From an uncultured delta proteobacterium (GTDB taxonomy: Bacteria > Myxococcota_A > Polyangia > Polyangiales > B10-G4), in the NCBI GenBank assembly GCA_963727445.1, contig CAVSGI010000006.1, positions 192,001-256,000 of the forward strand: a DNA stretch of 64,000 bases. Reading direction: 5' to 3'. Shown here one piece after another: positions 53,213 through 63,293 of the stretch (its first letter is position 1; the number at the start of each line of letters is the position of its first letter). The notes below the pieces were generated by a model, which saw nothing but the letters and a program-made list of their open reading frames with translations, did no database searches and was not told where the DNA came from. Position numbers and translations under genes: made by a program.

Positions 53213-55084
53213 ATGCGCGACGAGAGCACGGTTCACATCCCGGACGAGTGGCTTGTGCCCACGGTGCCGACGGGCAAGGAGACCGCCGACGTGGCCGGGC
53301 GCTACCGGCTCTGCTTCGAGGTCGCCTCTGGCGGGATGGCGACGGTCTACCTGGCGCTCTACCAGGGACTGATGGGCTTCGAGAAGGTGGTGGCCCTCAA
53401 GACCATCCACAAGCACCTCGCCAAGGAACAGCAGTTCGTCGACATGTTCTTCGACGAGGCGCGCATCGCGGCGCACATCGACCATCCCTTCGTGTGCCGG
53501 GTCATCGACTTCGGGCAGGCACAGAAGACCTATTACATCGCCATGGAGTACCTGCTCGGCGAGCCGCTTTCGGCGATCTGGGAGGAGCTTCACGAAAAGC
53601 CGGCGCTCGCGGCTTCCCCCGACCGGCCCTTTCTGCTCGCTCGGGCCGTCGCCGACATCTGCGAAGGGTTGCACGCTGCGCACGACCTCTCGAGCGGAGG
53701 GCGCTCGATGAACGTCGTCCATCGCGACGTCACGCCGGCGAACCTCTTCGTGCTCTACGACGGCACGGTGCGGGTGGTGGACTTCGGCATCGCGACCGCA
53801 CGGGACAAGCTGCACCAGACCGAGCTCGGCACCGTGAAGGGGAAGTACGCCTACGTCTCCCCGGAGCAGCTGGAGATGAAGCGCCTCGACCGGCGGAGCG
53901 ACGTGTGGTCTCTGGGGGTCGTCTTCTGGGAGCTGTTGACCGGCAAGCGCCTCTTCAAGCGCGAGACGCACATGGAGACCATGCGAGCGGTGGGCGCCGC
54001 CGCGGTGCCTCCCCCCTCGAGCGTACGACGCGACATTCCCGCAGACCTCGATGCCATCGTGCTGCAAGCCCTCGAGCGCAACCGCGGCCAGCGTTACCCC
54101 GATGCCCGCGCCATGGCGCTCGACCTCGAGCGTTTCCTGGCCAATCACCGCCGTGCCGTGTCGCGTGGCGAGCTCGGCGGGTGGCTCGATGCGATCTTCC
54201 CGGGCGCGGCGGCGAAGAAGCGGCAGCTGATCGAGCTCACGCGCAAGAACGACGCCGCGGTCCCCCTCGACGACGGTGGCGACATATCGGTGACCACCGC
54301 CTTCCGCCCTCCCGAGCCGACGACGGTGCGAAGCATCGAAGAGCCGACGACGGTGGATCGCGCCGAAGAGGTGGGGGACGAAGAGCTCACCGACATGGAC
54401 GAGGTCGCCGCGCGGGTGACCGCGCCCGACGCGCCCCCGACGGTCCTGACCGAAGAGAAGCAGAAGAAGCCCGAGGTCAGCCCCAGCCAGAAGAAGAAGC
54501 TCGCCCAGGAGAAGACGGAGAAGATCGTCGAGAAGGACCGTCCCGCGCTCGCGATCCGGCCTTCGGATCGCGCGCCACCCCGCAGCGACGATCGCGCGCG
54601 CAGCGAAAAGACGGGCGGGATGCCGTCCTGGGTGGTGCCCGCAGCGATCCTCGCCGTCGCCGGCGGGGCCACGCTCGCGTACTACCAGCCTTGGGCGACC
54701 AACGGTCCGGAGATCGTGGACGAGGTCGAGCCTGCCTCCGGGGCCGTCCATTCGCCAGCCGCCCACGCGGGAGCCGTCGACGCTGCCGCGGCCGACACCG
54801 GCGCCGCGCAGGCCTCTGACGGGATCGACCGCTCCGATTGGCCGCCCTTCGAGGAGGTCGTCGAGGAGGGGCCGCCCGGGACCCTGCACGTGACCGCGAG
54901 AAGCGGCGTCGCGGAGATCCGCCGCGGCGAGGAGGTGCTCGGTCAGACGCCTCTCGAGGTCGAGCTGCCCCCCGGTCGCCATCGTCTGATCCTCTTTCCC
55001 GAAGGGGGAGGGGCGCCGCGGCCGCTCGACGTGGAGATCCGTTCCGAGCGCAACACCTACATGACGGTCAGCCTGACCGACTGA
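53213..55084 (+). CDS. Ser/Thr protein kinase with TM and PEGA domain
   Basis: ASGGMATVY, HRDVTPAN, DFGIA, GKYAYVSPE, LGQTPLEVELPPGRH. Confidence 0.95.
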   Translation: MRDESTVHIPDEWLVPTVPTGKETADVAGRYRLCFEVASGGMATVYLALYQGLMGFEKVVALKTIHKHLAKEQQFVDMFFDEARIAAHIDHPFVCRVIDFGQAQKTYYIAMEYLLGEPLSAIWEELHEKPALAASPDRPFLLARAVADICEGLHAAHDLSSGGRSMNVVHRDVTPANLFVLYDGTVRVVDFGIATARDKLHQTELGTVKGKYAYVSPEQLEMKRLDRRSDVWSLGVVFWELLTGKRLFKRETHMETMRAVGAAAVPPPSSVRRDIPADLDAIVLQALERNRGQRYPDARAMALDLERFLANHRRAVSRGELGGWLDAIFPGAAAKKRQLIELTRKNDAAVPLDDGGDISVTTAFRPPEPTTVRSIEEPTTVDRAEEVGDEELTDMDEVAARVTAPDAPPTVLTEEKQKKPEVSPSQKKKLAQEKTEKIVEKDRPALAIRPSDRAPPRSDDRARSEKTGGMPSWVVPAAILAVAGGATLAYYQPWATNGPEIVDEVEPASGAVHSPAAHAGAVDAAAADTGAAQASDGIDRSDWPPFEEVVEEGPPGTLHVTARSGVAEIRRGEEVLGQTPLEVELPPGRHRLILFPEGGGAPRPLDVEIRSERNTYMTVSLTD

Positions 55085-55099
55085 AGCGTGTAGACTGCT

Positions 55100-55831
55100 T
55101 TGGTGGCCGGAGGCGACAGAACGGGCAATCGGACCAGCGAGGTCTCCACTGGCCGGCACTATCTGGAAGATACCCAGACCGAACGGCTGAGCGTCCTCGA
55201 GCCCATCTGGTCACGGCTGCGCCGCGAAGCCGAGCGGCACGTGACCACCCAGCCCACGCTCGGCGCCTTCTTCACCGCCAACGTCCTGCGCTTCCACTCC
55301 TTCGATCACGCCGTGAGCGAGCACCTCGGCGCGGCGCTGGGCGAGCCCACCTACCGGGCGAAGGACATGCAGGCGCTCATCGCCGACGCCTTCAATCGCT
55401 CCCTCGCGCTCTGCACCGAGGTCGCGGAGGATTTCGAGGCGACGATGGAGGAGCGGCACCTCCCCGGCTGGTCGATCATGCTGCAGGACGACGGATTTCG
55501 CGGCCTGGTCGCCCATCGGATCGCGGGCTGGCTCGCGCACACCGAGCAGCCGGTGCTCGCCGCCTACCTCGCGGGTCGCGCCTCCCACGTCTTCGGCGTT
55601 CGAGTCGAGGTCGGCGCGATGCTCGCCGGCGGACTGGTGGTGCATCCGGGCGTGTCGGTTCTTCGCGACTCGGTGATCGGGCAGGGGGTGGTCCTGGGGA
55701 CGCGTGCGGTCGTCCAGGGCGTGGCGATCGGGCGCGATGCACGCGTCCTTCCGAACTCGGTCGTCACCTCCACCGTCCCTACCGGTGCGGTCGTCGCCGG
55801 AGTGCCGGCGCGCCGGATCGACGACCCGTGA
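55100..55831 (+). CDS. Divergent serine O-acetyltransferase (CysE)-like hexapeptide-repeat protein
   Basis: SATase-N-like IWSRLRREA..PTLGAFF, GFRGLVAHRIA, hexapeptide repeats, VAGVPAR. Start uncertain. Confidence 0.75.
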   Translation: MVAGGDRTGNRTSEVSTGRHYLEDTQTERLSVLEPIWSRLRREAERHVTTQPTLGAFFTANVLRFHSFDHAVSEHLGAALGEPTYRAKDMQALIADAFNRSLALCTEVAEDFEATMEERHLPGWSIMLQDDGFRGLVAHRIAGWLAHTEQPVLAAYLAGRASHVFGVRVEVGAMLAGGLVVHPGVSVLRDSVIGQGVVLGTRAVVQGVAIGRDARVLPNSVVTSTVPTGAVVAGVPARRIDDP

Positions 55832-56298
55832 GCGGCCCGGTCCACGAGTTCGAGGCGCGCTTGTTCTGGACCGGGGCATCCGAAGGGCCGACCACGGGGT
55901 ACGCGGACTACTCCCGGAGCTATCGCATCGAGGTCGACGGCAAGCCGCATTTCGAAGGCAGCGCGGCGCCGCCTTTCCGGGGGGACGGCTCCCTCTACAA
56001 CCCCGAAGATCTGTTGGTCGCTTCCCTCAGCGCGTGCCATTGCCTGAGCTACCTCGCGCTCGCGGCGCGGAGCGGGATCCTGGTGACGGCGTACGAGGAT
56101 CAGGCCCGCGGAAAGATGACCCTGCAGGGCGGTGGACTCTCCTTCGAGCGCGTGGTGCTTCGGCCACGGGTGACCATCGACGCTTCCTCGGATCGAGACA
56201 AGGCGCGACGACTTCACTCCGAGGCTCACCGGACCTGCTTCATCGCGCGCTCGGTGGCGTTCCCCGTGGAGAACGTGCCCACCATCGTCGTGGGCTGA
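55828..56298 (+). CDS. OsmC/Ohr family protein
   Basis: FRGD..NPEDLLVASLSACH, AHRTCFIARSV; GTGA overlap. Confidence 0.92.
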   Translation: MSGPVHEFEARLFWTGASEGPTTGYADYSRSYRIEVDGKPHFEGSAAPPFRGDGSLYNPEDLLVASLSACHCLSYLALAARSGILVTAYEDQARGKMTLQGGGLSFERVVLRPRVTIDASSDRDKARRLHSEAHRTCFIARSVAFPVENVPTIVVG

Positions 56299-56313
56299 TC
56301 TACCATCCCGCGC

Positions 56314-57466
56314 ATGGTCAGCACCCGAGGCCTCGTCGGTCTACGCCCCGCGCCCGCGCACGTGGCGCGCGTCACCACGCCCCCCTACGACGTCATCAAG
56401 AAGGGCACGCCCCTGGAGGCGCGCCTGAAAGACGAGCCGGCCTCGTTCTTCCACGTCATTCTCGGCGACGCTCCGGCCGACGCGCTCGCGCGCGCCCAGA
56501 GCGAAGGGTGGCTGGTGCCCGATGACGAGCCGGCGTACTACGTCTACGAGCAGCGCTGGGGCGATCGAGATCCGCACCGGCGTCCTGCATGCGGCCGAGG
56601 TGACCCCCTACGAGGCGCGTCAGGTCATCCGCCACGAGAAGACCTTCGACGACAAGGTGAAGGGGCGCATCGCGCTCACCAACGACATCGCGCATACGGT
56701 GGGGCCGGTGTTCGTCCTGACGCGGGCGTCGCTCTCGGCGCTCTTCGACGAGGCGAAAGCGGCCGAGCCGCTCTACGACTTCGAGAGCGACTTCGGCGCC
56801 GACTCCCTGTCAGGCGTTCACAGCCGGGTCTTCCGCGTCGCCGCCGCGAGCGATCTCGGCGGGCGCATCGCTCGGGCGCTCGGCTCGGAGCCCTACTACA
56901 TCGCCGACGGGCACCACCGCTACCACGCTGCGCTGAAGAACGGTCAGACCCACTTCCTCTGCTATGCGACCGAAGAGGCGAAGATCCTCGCTTACAACCG
57001 CGTGGTAAACGGCGTGAGGCGCTTCGACGAGGTGCGCGGCGAGCTGGCCCTCGAAGAGGCGCCGAGCTTCACCACGCCCGACAAGCACGCCTTCCGCATC
57101 TACCAAGGCGGCAAGAGCTACACCCTCGCGGCGAAGAAGGTCCCCACCGACGTCGTCGGCCGCCTCGACTGCGCCATCCTCGAGCGGGAGCTCTACCCGC
57201 TGCTCGGACTGAGCCACGACATGATCGCGGACGCCGCGCACTTCGACTACTACCCCGAGTCCGCGCTCTCGGAGATGAAGGCGCGTGTGGATGCGGGTGA
57301 CTACGACCTCGCCATCGCGCTCCATCCGGTGAGTCTGGAGGAGCTGATGGCGGTGGCTGACGCCGGGCTCGAGGACCCCGAGATCGTCATGCCCGAGAAG
57401 AGCACCTACTTCGCGCCGAAGATCCTGACGGGGCTCTTCGCCTATCGGCACCAGCGCGCCGACTAG
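56314..57466 (+). CDS. DUF1015 family protein; frameshift near 56560
   Basis: PPYDVI, YYVYEQ, then RHEKT, YIADGHHRY, MPEKSTYFAPK in the next frame. Confidence 0.9.
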
Positions 57467-58122
57467 GCCTTCAGGCGCCGGTAGACGCCCACGACCACGC
57501 CGAGGATCTGGGTGCTGCGCCAGTCGTTCTTGGGAATCAGGATCGGGGCCATGGCGCTGTTCGCCGGCTGCAGGCGCACGTGCTCGCGCTCCGGGTAGTA
57601 GTCCTTGCAGGTCGCTTCGTCGCCGACGAGGGCGATGATCGTCTCGCCGCGGCGCGCAGTGAGCTGCTTCTTGACGAAGACGTAGTCGCCGTCGTGGATG
57701 CCGGCCTCGATCATCGAGTCGCCCACGATGCGCAGGCCGAAGACGTCGCGGGTGCCGCCCACCAGCATCCGGTCGATGTAGACCTTGTCCTCCGGCTCCT
57801 CGATCGCCTCCTGCAGGGCGCCGGCCGCGACGCGACCGACGATGGGGATGGCGACCAGGTCGGCTTCCGTGTCGTTTGCCGGCGCGCGATGACCAATCTC
57901 GTCGTAGGCGAGGTCGGTGGGGCGCAGGGTGCGCGACTTCATGTCCTCGCGGGTCAGGTAGCCCTTCCGCTCGAGCGCGCGGAGGTGGTCGTTCACCCCG
58001 TTGGTGCTGCGGATCCCGAGGTGGTTGCCGATCTCCCGAAGGGTGGGCGGATAGCCCCGATCATCGATCGAAGTGGTGATGTAATCGAGGACGGCGCGCT
58101 GGCGATCGGTCAACTTTTGCAT
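57463..58122 (-). CDS. lexA: SOS repressor LexA
   Basis: LTDRQ..GYPPTLREIG..HLRALERKGYL, cleavage site VAAG, GDSM, ATCK, RLQPAN. Confidence 0.97.
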   Translation of the reverse strand: MQKLTDRQRAVLDYITTSIDDRGYPPTLREIGNHLGIRSTNGVNDHLRALERKGYLTREDMKSRTLRPTDLAYDEIGHRAPANDTEADLVAIPIVGRVAAGALQEAIEEPEDKVYIDRMLVGGTRDVFGLRIVGDSMIEAGIHDGDYVFVKKQLTARRGETIIALVGDEATCKDYYPEREHVRLQPANSAMAPILIPKNDWRSTQILGVVVGVYRRLKA

Positions 58123-58193
58123 ATTGATTTCCAGTGGTTGTGGGCTTCCGCGGGAATCAGTGCCCGGCTGGATCACTGAAGAGCCGAGCAGGT

Positions 58194-58230
58194 ATTACGA
58201 ACGATTACGTATCAAACACCCACTTGTCAA
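58194..58230 (-). promoter_or_regulatory. Candidate lexA promoter/operator
   Basis: Perfect TTGACA on - (58230-58225) followed by CGTAAT-CGTT-CGTAAT in an AT-rich tract. The -10 match is weak. Confidence 0.45.
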
Positions 58231-58320
58231 ATTTTCAGGTGTGGACAACGCGCGGCCCCAGGGGGAAATCGATGATCGAGAGATCCTTCGGCCCCTCCGC
58301 GCGTCTGTGGCGGGACCGCG

Positions 58321-60693
58321 ATGCGCGCCCGGACCCTCGTCTTCGTTCTTCAATCGCTCTTCGTCCTCGCGGCGAGCTTCGCCTGCACCTCCGAAGCGCA
58401 CGCCATCGGCTTCATGATTCCGCGCGACGGGTCGCTTCCGCCGCTCGCGATCCGCTATCACCGCGTCTCCACCACCATCCGCGAACGCGTGGCCGAGACC
58501 CGGGTCGAGCAGGTCTTCCGCAATCACACCGGCCAGGTCCTCGAAGCGACCTACGTCTTTCCGGTTCCCGAGGGCGCGTCGGTCAGCGGATTCACCATGT
58601 GGATCGACGGGCGGCGTCAGGAGGGCGAGCTCCTCGAATCGGGCAGAGCCCGTCGCATCTACGAAGAGATCGTGGCGCGTCTGCGCGACCCCGGTCTGGT
58701 CGAGCACATGGGCGGAAGCCTCTTCCGCGCGCGCGTCTTCCCGATCCAGCCGGGCGCCGAGGAACGCGTGGAGATCCGCTTCACGCAGACGCTCGAGTAC
58801 CACAGCGGCGTCATCCACTACCGCTACCCGCTGCGCACCGGTGGCGGCGCGGCGCAGACCCTCGAGGACATGACGGTCTCCGCGCAGATCGTCTCGCGCA
58901 CGCCGATTCGCGCCGTCTACTCGCCGAGCCATCCGATCAGCGTCAGCCGACCCGACGAGCACCACGCGACGGCCGGCTACGAGGGGACGGCCGTCACCCT
59001 CGACGAGGACTTCGACCTCTACTACGCGGTGCAGGATCGCGAGGTCGGGCTCAGTCTCCTGACCCATCGTGACCCGGGTGAAGACGGCTACTTCCTCGCG
59101 ATGATCGCGCCGCGCACCGAGATCACCCAACAGGAGATCGCGCACAAGGAGGTCCTCTTCGTCTTCGATACGTCGGGCTCGATGGCGGGCGAGAAGCTCG
59201 AACGCGCCAAGGCCGCCCTCGACTACATGCTGGCGCGTCTGAGACCCGAGGACCGCTTTCAGGTGGTGCGCTTCTCCACCGATGTGTCTGCGCTCTTCGG
59301 AGGAAACGCCTCCGTACCGGCGACGCCCGACAACGTCGCGCGCGCCCGGAATTTCGCCGCGCATTTCGTCGCCGCCGGGGGGACCGCGATCCACGGAGCC
59401 CTCCTCGAGGCCTACCGCACGCAGCGTCCCGAGGGCGACCCCCCGCGCATGGTCGTCTTCCTGACCGACGGCATGCCCACCATCGGCGAGACGCGCCCGC
59501 GGCAGATCGTCGACGAGGTCGGGCGACTCGGTGAGGAGTCGCGCCTCTTCGTCTTCGGCGTCGGCGACGACGTGAACACGACCTTCCTCGATCAGATCGC
59601 CCGGCGCGGTCGCGGGGTGGGGGACTATTTCCAGGACGGCCGCGAGATGGAGCGCCGGCTCTCCGCCTTCTACGACCGCATCGCCTATCCGCTGATCACC
59701 GATCTGTCGCTCTCCTTCCCCGGTCTCGAGGTCAGCGACGTCTATCCGCGCGACCTCGGCCACCTCTACCGTGGTGGCCAGCTCTTCGTCGTGGGCCGCT
59801 ATCACGGCGACGGCGAGCATCCGGTGCGCCTCTCGGGGCGCGCGAGCCACGAGCGGTCGGCGCGCACCTTCTCCTTCGACGTGGCCTTCCCGGCAGAGAG
59901 CCTGGACAACGACTGGCTTCCGCGCCTGTGGGCCACGCGCAAGATCGGTTTCCTTCTCGACGAGATCCGCCTGCGCGGCGAGCAGCCCGAGCTCCGGGCG
60001 TCCGTCGTCGACCTCGCGCGGACCTTCGGTGTGGTCACGCCTTATACGAGCTATCTGGTGGTCCCCGACGAAGCGATCCCACCGGGCCTCGCCGAGGATC
60101 GGGGCGCGCTCGGCCCGGTGGCCGGCGGCCGGCCCATCCTTCCGAACGATCCATCTCCCGACGCCGAGCCGGTGCAGGCGCAGCGAAACTTCGAGGGCTT
60201 CGACGGGGCGACCAGCCAATACGATTTCGAGGACGACCTCTACACCGGTGACTTGATGCGCCCGGACGGTGAGCACCTGAGGGGGCATTCGGCGACGACG
60301 GCGACCTCGGCGACGAGCGCCCCGTCGGGCGGCGCGGGTGCGCAGGGCCGGGCCATCTCGCGCCAGCTCCGCGCCATGCGCGAGGCGGAGCAGTCGCGCG
60401 CCGCGACCGCACGGGGCACCCGCTTCGTCGCCGGACGGACGTTCCGCGAGGTGCGCGGGATGTGGGTCGATACCGCGTATCGCCGGGGGATGCCCTCGCT
60501 CCGCGTGCGCTACGCGAGCCCCGCGTACTTCGCGCTCTTGCGCCAGCGGCCTTCGCTCCGCGCCTTCTTGTCGCTCGGGCGGCGGGTGACGGTGGTCCTT
60601 TCCGGGGGGCGCGCCGTCATCGTCGACGAAAACGCGCCCGCGGGTGTAAGCGACGCCGACGTCGCGCGATTCCTTTCCAGCGGCCCAGGATGA
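58321..60693 (+). CDS. Secreted VIT-vWA domain protein
   Basis: Signal peptide; VIT VEQVFRN..LEATYVFPVPEGASV; MIDAS FDTSGSM, GGT, FLTDGMPT, FGVGDDVN; LWATRKI, VTPYTSYLV. Confidence 0.93.
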   Translation: MRARTLVFVLQSLFVLAASFACTSEAHAIGFMIPRDGSLPPLAIRYHRVSTTIRERVAETRVEQVFRNHTGQVLEATYVFPVPEGASVSGFTMWIDGRRQEGELLESGRARRIYEEIVARLRDPGLVEHMGGSLFRARVFPIQPGAEERVEIRFTQTLEYHSGVIHYRYPLRTGGGAAQTLEDMTVSAQIVSRTPIRAVYSPSHPISVSRPDEHHATAGYEGTAVTLDEDFDLYYAVQDREVGLSLLTHRDPGEDGYFLAMIAPRTEITQQEIAHKEVLFVFDTSGSMAGEKLERAKAALDYMLARLRPEDRFQVVRFSTDVSALFGGNASVPATPDNVARARNFAAHFVAAGGTAIHGALLEAYRTQRPEGDPPRMVVFLTDGMPTIGETRPRQIVDEVGRLGEESRLFVFGVGDDVNTTFLDQIARRGRGVGDYFQDGREMERRLSAFYDRIAYPLITDLSLSFPGLEVSDVYPRDLGHLYRGGQLFVVGRYHGDGEHPVRLSGRASHERSARTFSFDVAFPAESLDNDWLPRLWATRKIGFLLDEIRLRGEQPELRASVVDLARTFGVVTPYTSYLVVPDEAIPPGLAEDRGALGPVAGGRPILPNDPSPDAEPVQAQRNFEGFDGATSQYDFEDDLYTGDLMRPDGEHLRGHSATTATSATSAPSGGAGAQGRAISRQLRAMREAEQSRAATARGTRFVAGRTFREVRGMWVDTAYRRGMPSLRVRYASPAYFALLRQRPSLRAFLSLGRRVTVVLSGGRAVIVDENAPAGVSDADVARFLSSGPG

Positions 60694-60745
60694 CCTGCCT
60701 GCCGCGAAATCGTTCGAGACCGGAACGCCGGTTGGAGGGACCTCG

Positions 60746-61537
60746 ATGAAACGCGCCATCTTCGCTCTCACGCTCGCCGCCGCGGCCTTCGCCTGTGCCC
60801 TGACCGCCGCGCCCCAAAAGGCCTTCGCGGTGGAGCTGCACTGGGATCCGGTGACCAATCGCTGGGTGCGCACGCCGACCGTGGTGGTGCAGAGCCCGGT
60901 GCGAAACCCCTACCACTACTACGTGAACGTCCAACCGCCGCCGCCCCAGCGGGTCACGGTGCACGTGCAGCAGAGGCGTCCGACGCCTCCCCCCGCGAAC
61001 GTGGTGATCGATCCCGGCCCCGCCCCGTCCGTGCGTGATCCCTACGACACCGACGGACTGGTGGTCGCCGGCGCCGGTGCGGGCGGCATCTTTCTCTTCG
61101 GCGACGGGATCACCCACGCCGCCATGGCCTACAAGCTCCACCTCGGCCTCGCCATCGGCCAGTCGGAGTTCGCCCTTCGCGCGAACCTGGTCCCCGACGC
61201 CGGAGACGTCGCCAGCCCCACCGGCGGCACCACACCCGCGGCCCTCTACACCGTCGGCGCCACCTTCAACTATCGCTTCATCCCGAGCGCGATCGTCCAT
61301 CCCGTGACCGGCGCGGGGATCGAGACCTTGATCCTCGATCCGCACGAGGGCGACACCGGCACGGCGTTCGCTGTCACGGCGCGCGCAGGGCTCGAGTACG
61401 CCTATCCCATCGCCGACGGTGCGCTCGCGCTCGGCATCGACGTGACGGGTCACCTGCCTTTCGGCGTGACCAATCAGTACGCGGCGAGCGCCGTGGCGAT
61501 GCTCGATTTCGGCGCGTACCTCGACTACCGATTCTGA
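60746..61537 (+). CDS. Probable outer-membrane beta-barrel protein with Pro-rich N terminus
   Basis: Signal peptide, amphipathic strands, C-terminal beta-signal YLDYRF. Confidence 0.7.
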   Translation: MKRAIFALTLAAAAFACALTAAPQKAFAVELHWDPVTNRWVRTPTVVVQSPVRNPYHYYVNVQPPPPQRVTVHVQQRRPTPPPANVVIDPGPAPSVRDPYDTDGLVVAGAGAGGIFLFGDGITHAAMAYKLHLGLAIGQSEFALRANLVPDAGDVASPTGGTTPAALYTVGATFNYRFIPSAIVHPVTGAGIETLILDPHEGDTGTAFAVTARAGLEYAYPIADGALALGIDVTGHLPFGVTNQYAASAVAMLDFGAYLDYRF

Positions 61538-62157
61538 GCGCCTCGCGGGGTCGGGGCCGAGAGCCCGGCGGCGCGCTCGCGGCCGGGCGGGCGCACGCGG
61601 GCGGAGTCCTCGCCGCGCGCCGGCCAGGGCAGCAGTGACTGGTCGTCGACGCGTGAAAAGCCGGGCGCAGCCTCGGTGTCGGCGGCGTAGGCGCGCAGGC
61701 CCTCGTCCTCCCAGGGGATGAGCCCATGCCGCGCGACGCTCCCGATGGGCGGGTCGGCTTCGGCGGCCCCGAGGAGCTCGCCAATCCGTTGCGCGATGGC
61801 CATCGCGGGTGCGAGGTCGCGCTCGGAGTCGACGTGAGCCGTGCTCTCGTTTCCGTTCTGCGAGACGACGCGCAGGTCGGCTGTCCCACCGCGATGGACC
61901 GACACCACCACCCACGCGCGGACCGGACCTTCGCGCGCGCTCAGCCCGCGTACCGCCGCCCCGTCGAGCCGTTCGGTGAGGGCGTTGCGAATCACCGCGG
62001 GACCCACGCCCCGAAGAGCGCTCTCCACCACCACCACCACGGCGCCTTCGGGCGTCTCCGCCTCCGGCTCCGCATCTTCTGCGTCCCCGGCCTCTTGCGC
62101 GCGCGCTGGCAATCCGCCCAGCGCCAGCGCTCCGGCAATCACCAGCCACCGCAGCAT
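61525..62157 (-). CDS. Hypothetical secreted protein
   Basis: Signal peptide MLRWLVIAG..ARAQ; 3' end uncertain. Confidence 0.6.
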   Translation of the reverse strand: MLRWLVIAGALALGGLPARAQEAGDAEDAEPEAETPEGAVVVVVESALRGVGPAVIRNALTERLDGAAVRGLSAREGPVRAWVVVSVHRGGTADLRVVSQNGNESTAHVDSERDLAPAMAIAQRIGELLGAAEADPPIGSVARHGLIPWEDEGLRAYAADTEAAPGFSRVDDQSLLPWPARGEDSARVRPPGRERAAGLSAPTPRGAQNR

Positions 62158-62189
62158 GCATCCATCTTGCGGGGCGCCGGCGAGAGCTG

Positions 62190-63293
62190 TCAAAGGTCGC
62201 GTCGGCGTTCCTGCTCGTCGGCCTCCCCGGGCTCCGTCCCGTCGTCGCGCCGGAGCCACGCCGACAGCGCGCTCAGGGGGTCGAATCCGAGGGTCTGGCT
62301 CACGCTCGCGACCTCGGAGACGCGCTCCGCCACGCGGCTGCGCACGATATCGGTCAGGGGCGTGACGGCGGCGAGGAAGTCAATCCCTCCGAGGAAGCGC
62401 CGGGTGACGTCGGCGACGCCGCGGACCGCGTCTGCACCGAGCGCGATGGCGAGATAGGGCGGCGTCGGATAGACGATGACGTCGCGCACGGCGGTGGCCT
62501 GCGCCCATACGCCGGGCTCCGCGGAGCGCAGGAGCTCCTCGAGGGTGCGTCGCTGCGAGAAGATGCCCACGTGGACCGGCGCGAGCGCGTGGGAGACCGC
62601 TTCCACGATGACCCGGTGGTCCCGGCGGAAGTCTCCCCCGAGGGGGCCGACCCAGCGGGTGATGAGGTCGGGGCCCACCACCCGATCGATCGAACCGCGG
62701 CGGCGGCGCAATGCCACGGTGGTGTAGGGCGTTTCGCCAGACCACACGGTGAGCACCACCGAGTGATCGTCGGGCAAGAGGATGTCGAGGGCGCGGCGCA
62801 ACGTGCCCGGGGTGGGCACCGGGACGTTGCCGAGGGGATTCGGGTGGACGTGAACCTGTCCCGCTTCCTGCATCTCGCGGAAGATTCGTGCGAAGGCCAG
62901 CCACTGGGTGGCGTAGTCGTCGCCGCGCTGCAGGCGAAGAGCGAGGCGCTCGGCAATCTCGTCGGCTGCGCCTTCGGCGACCACAAACGCACGCAACGCA
63001 CCGTATTGTCGCGTGAGCTCGGGGAGCGCTTCGGGGCCCGACCACTGTTCGTTGGCGAGGTCGGCGATGCGCCCGCGCGAGGTGTGGAAGGCTTTGAGTA
63101 TGCGACCGCCCCGATCGACCACCATCACCAGCGCCCCACGGCCGCGATCGGTTTCGCCGCGCGCGACCTGCGGCGCGTCGCTGGTGGCGGGCTGATTGTC
63201 CATGCGCTCCACGACGCCCGGCGAGAAGATGCCGACGAGGTTGGTCCAGCTCTCGACGTCGAAACCTTCGAATCTGAGCTCGGGGCTGATCAT
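62190..63293 (-). CDS. Conserved hypothetical protein
   Basis: 367-aa ORF, ATGA overlap with the upstream gene, typical codon bias. Confidence 0.75.
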   Translation of the reverse strand: MISPELRFEGFDVESWTNLVGIFSPGVVERMDNQPATSDAPQVARGETDRGRGALVMVVDRGGRILKAFHTSRGRIADLANEQWSGPEALPELTRQYGALRAFVVAEGAADEIAERLALRLQRGDDYATQWLAFARIFREMQEAGQVHVHPNPLGNVPVPTPGTLRRALDILLPDDHSVVLTVWSGETPYTTVALRRRRGSIDRVVGPDLITRWVGPLGGDFRRDHRVIVEAVSHALAPVHVGIFSQRRTLEELLRSAEPGVWAQATAVRDVIVYPTPPYLAIALGADAVRGVADVTRRFLGGIDFLAAVTPLTDIVRSRVAERVSEVASVSQTLGFDPLSALSAWLRRDDGTEPGEADEQERRRDL

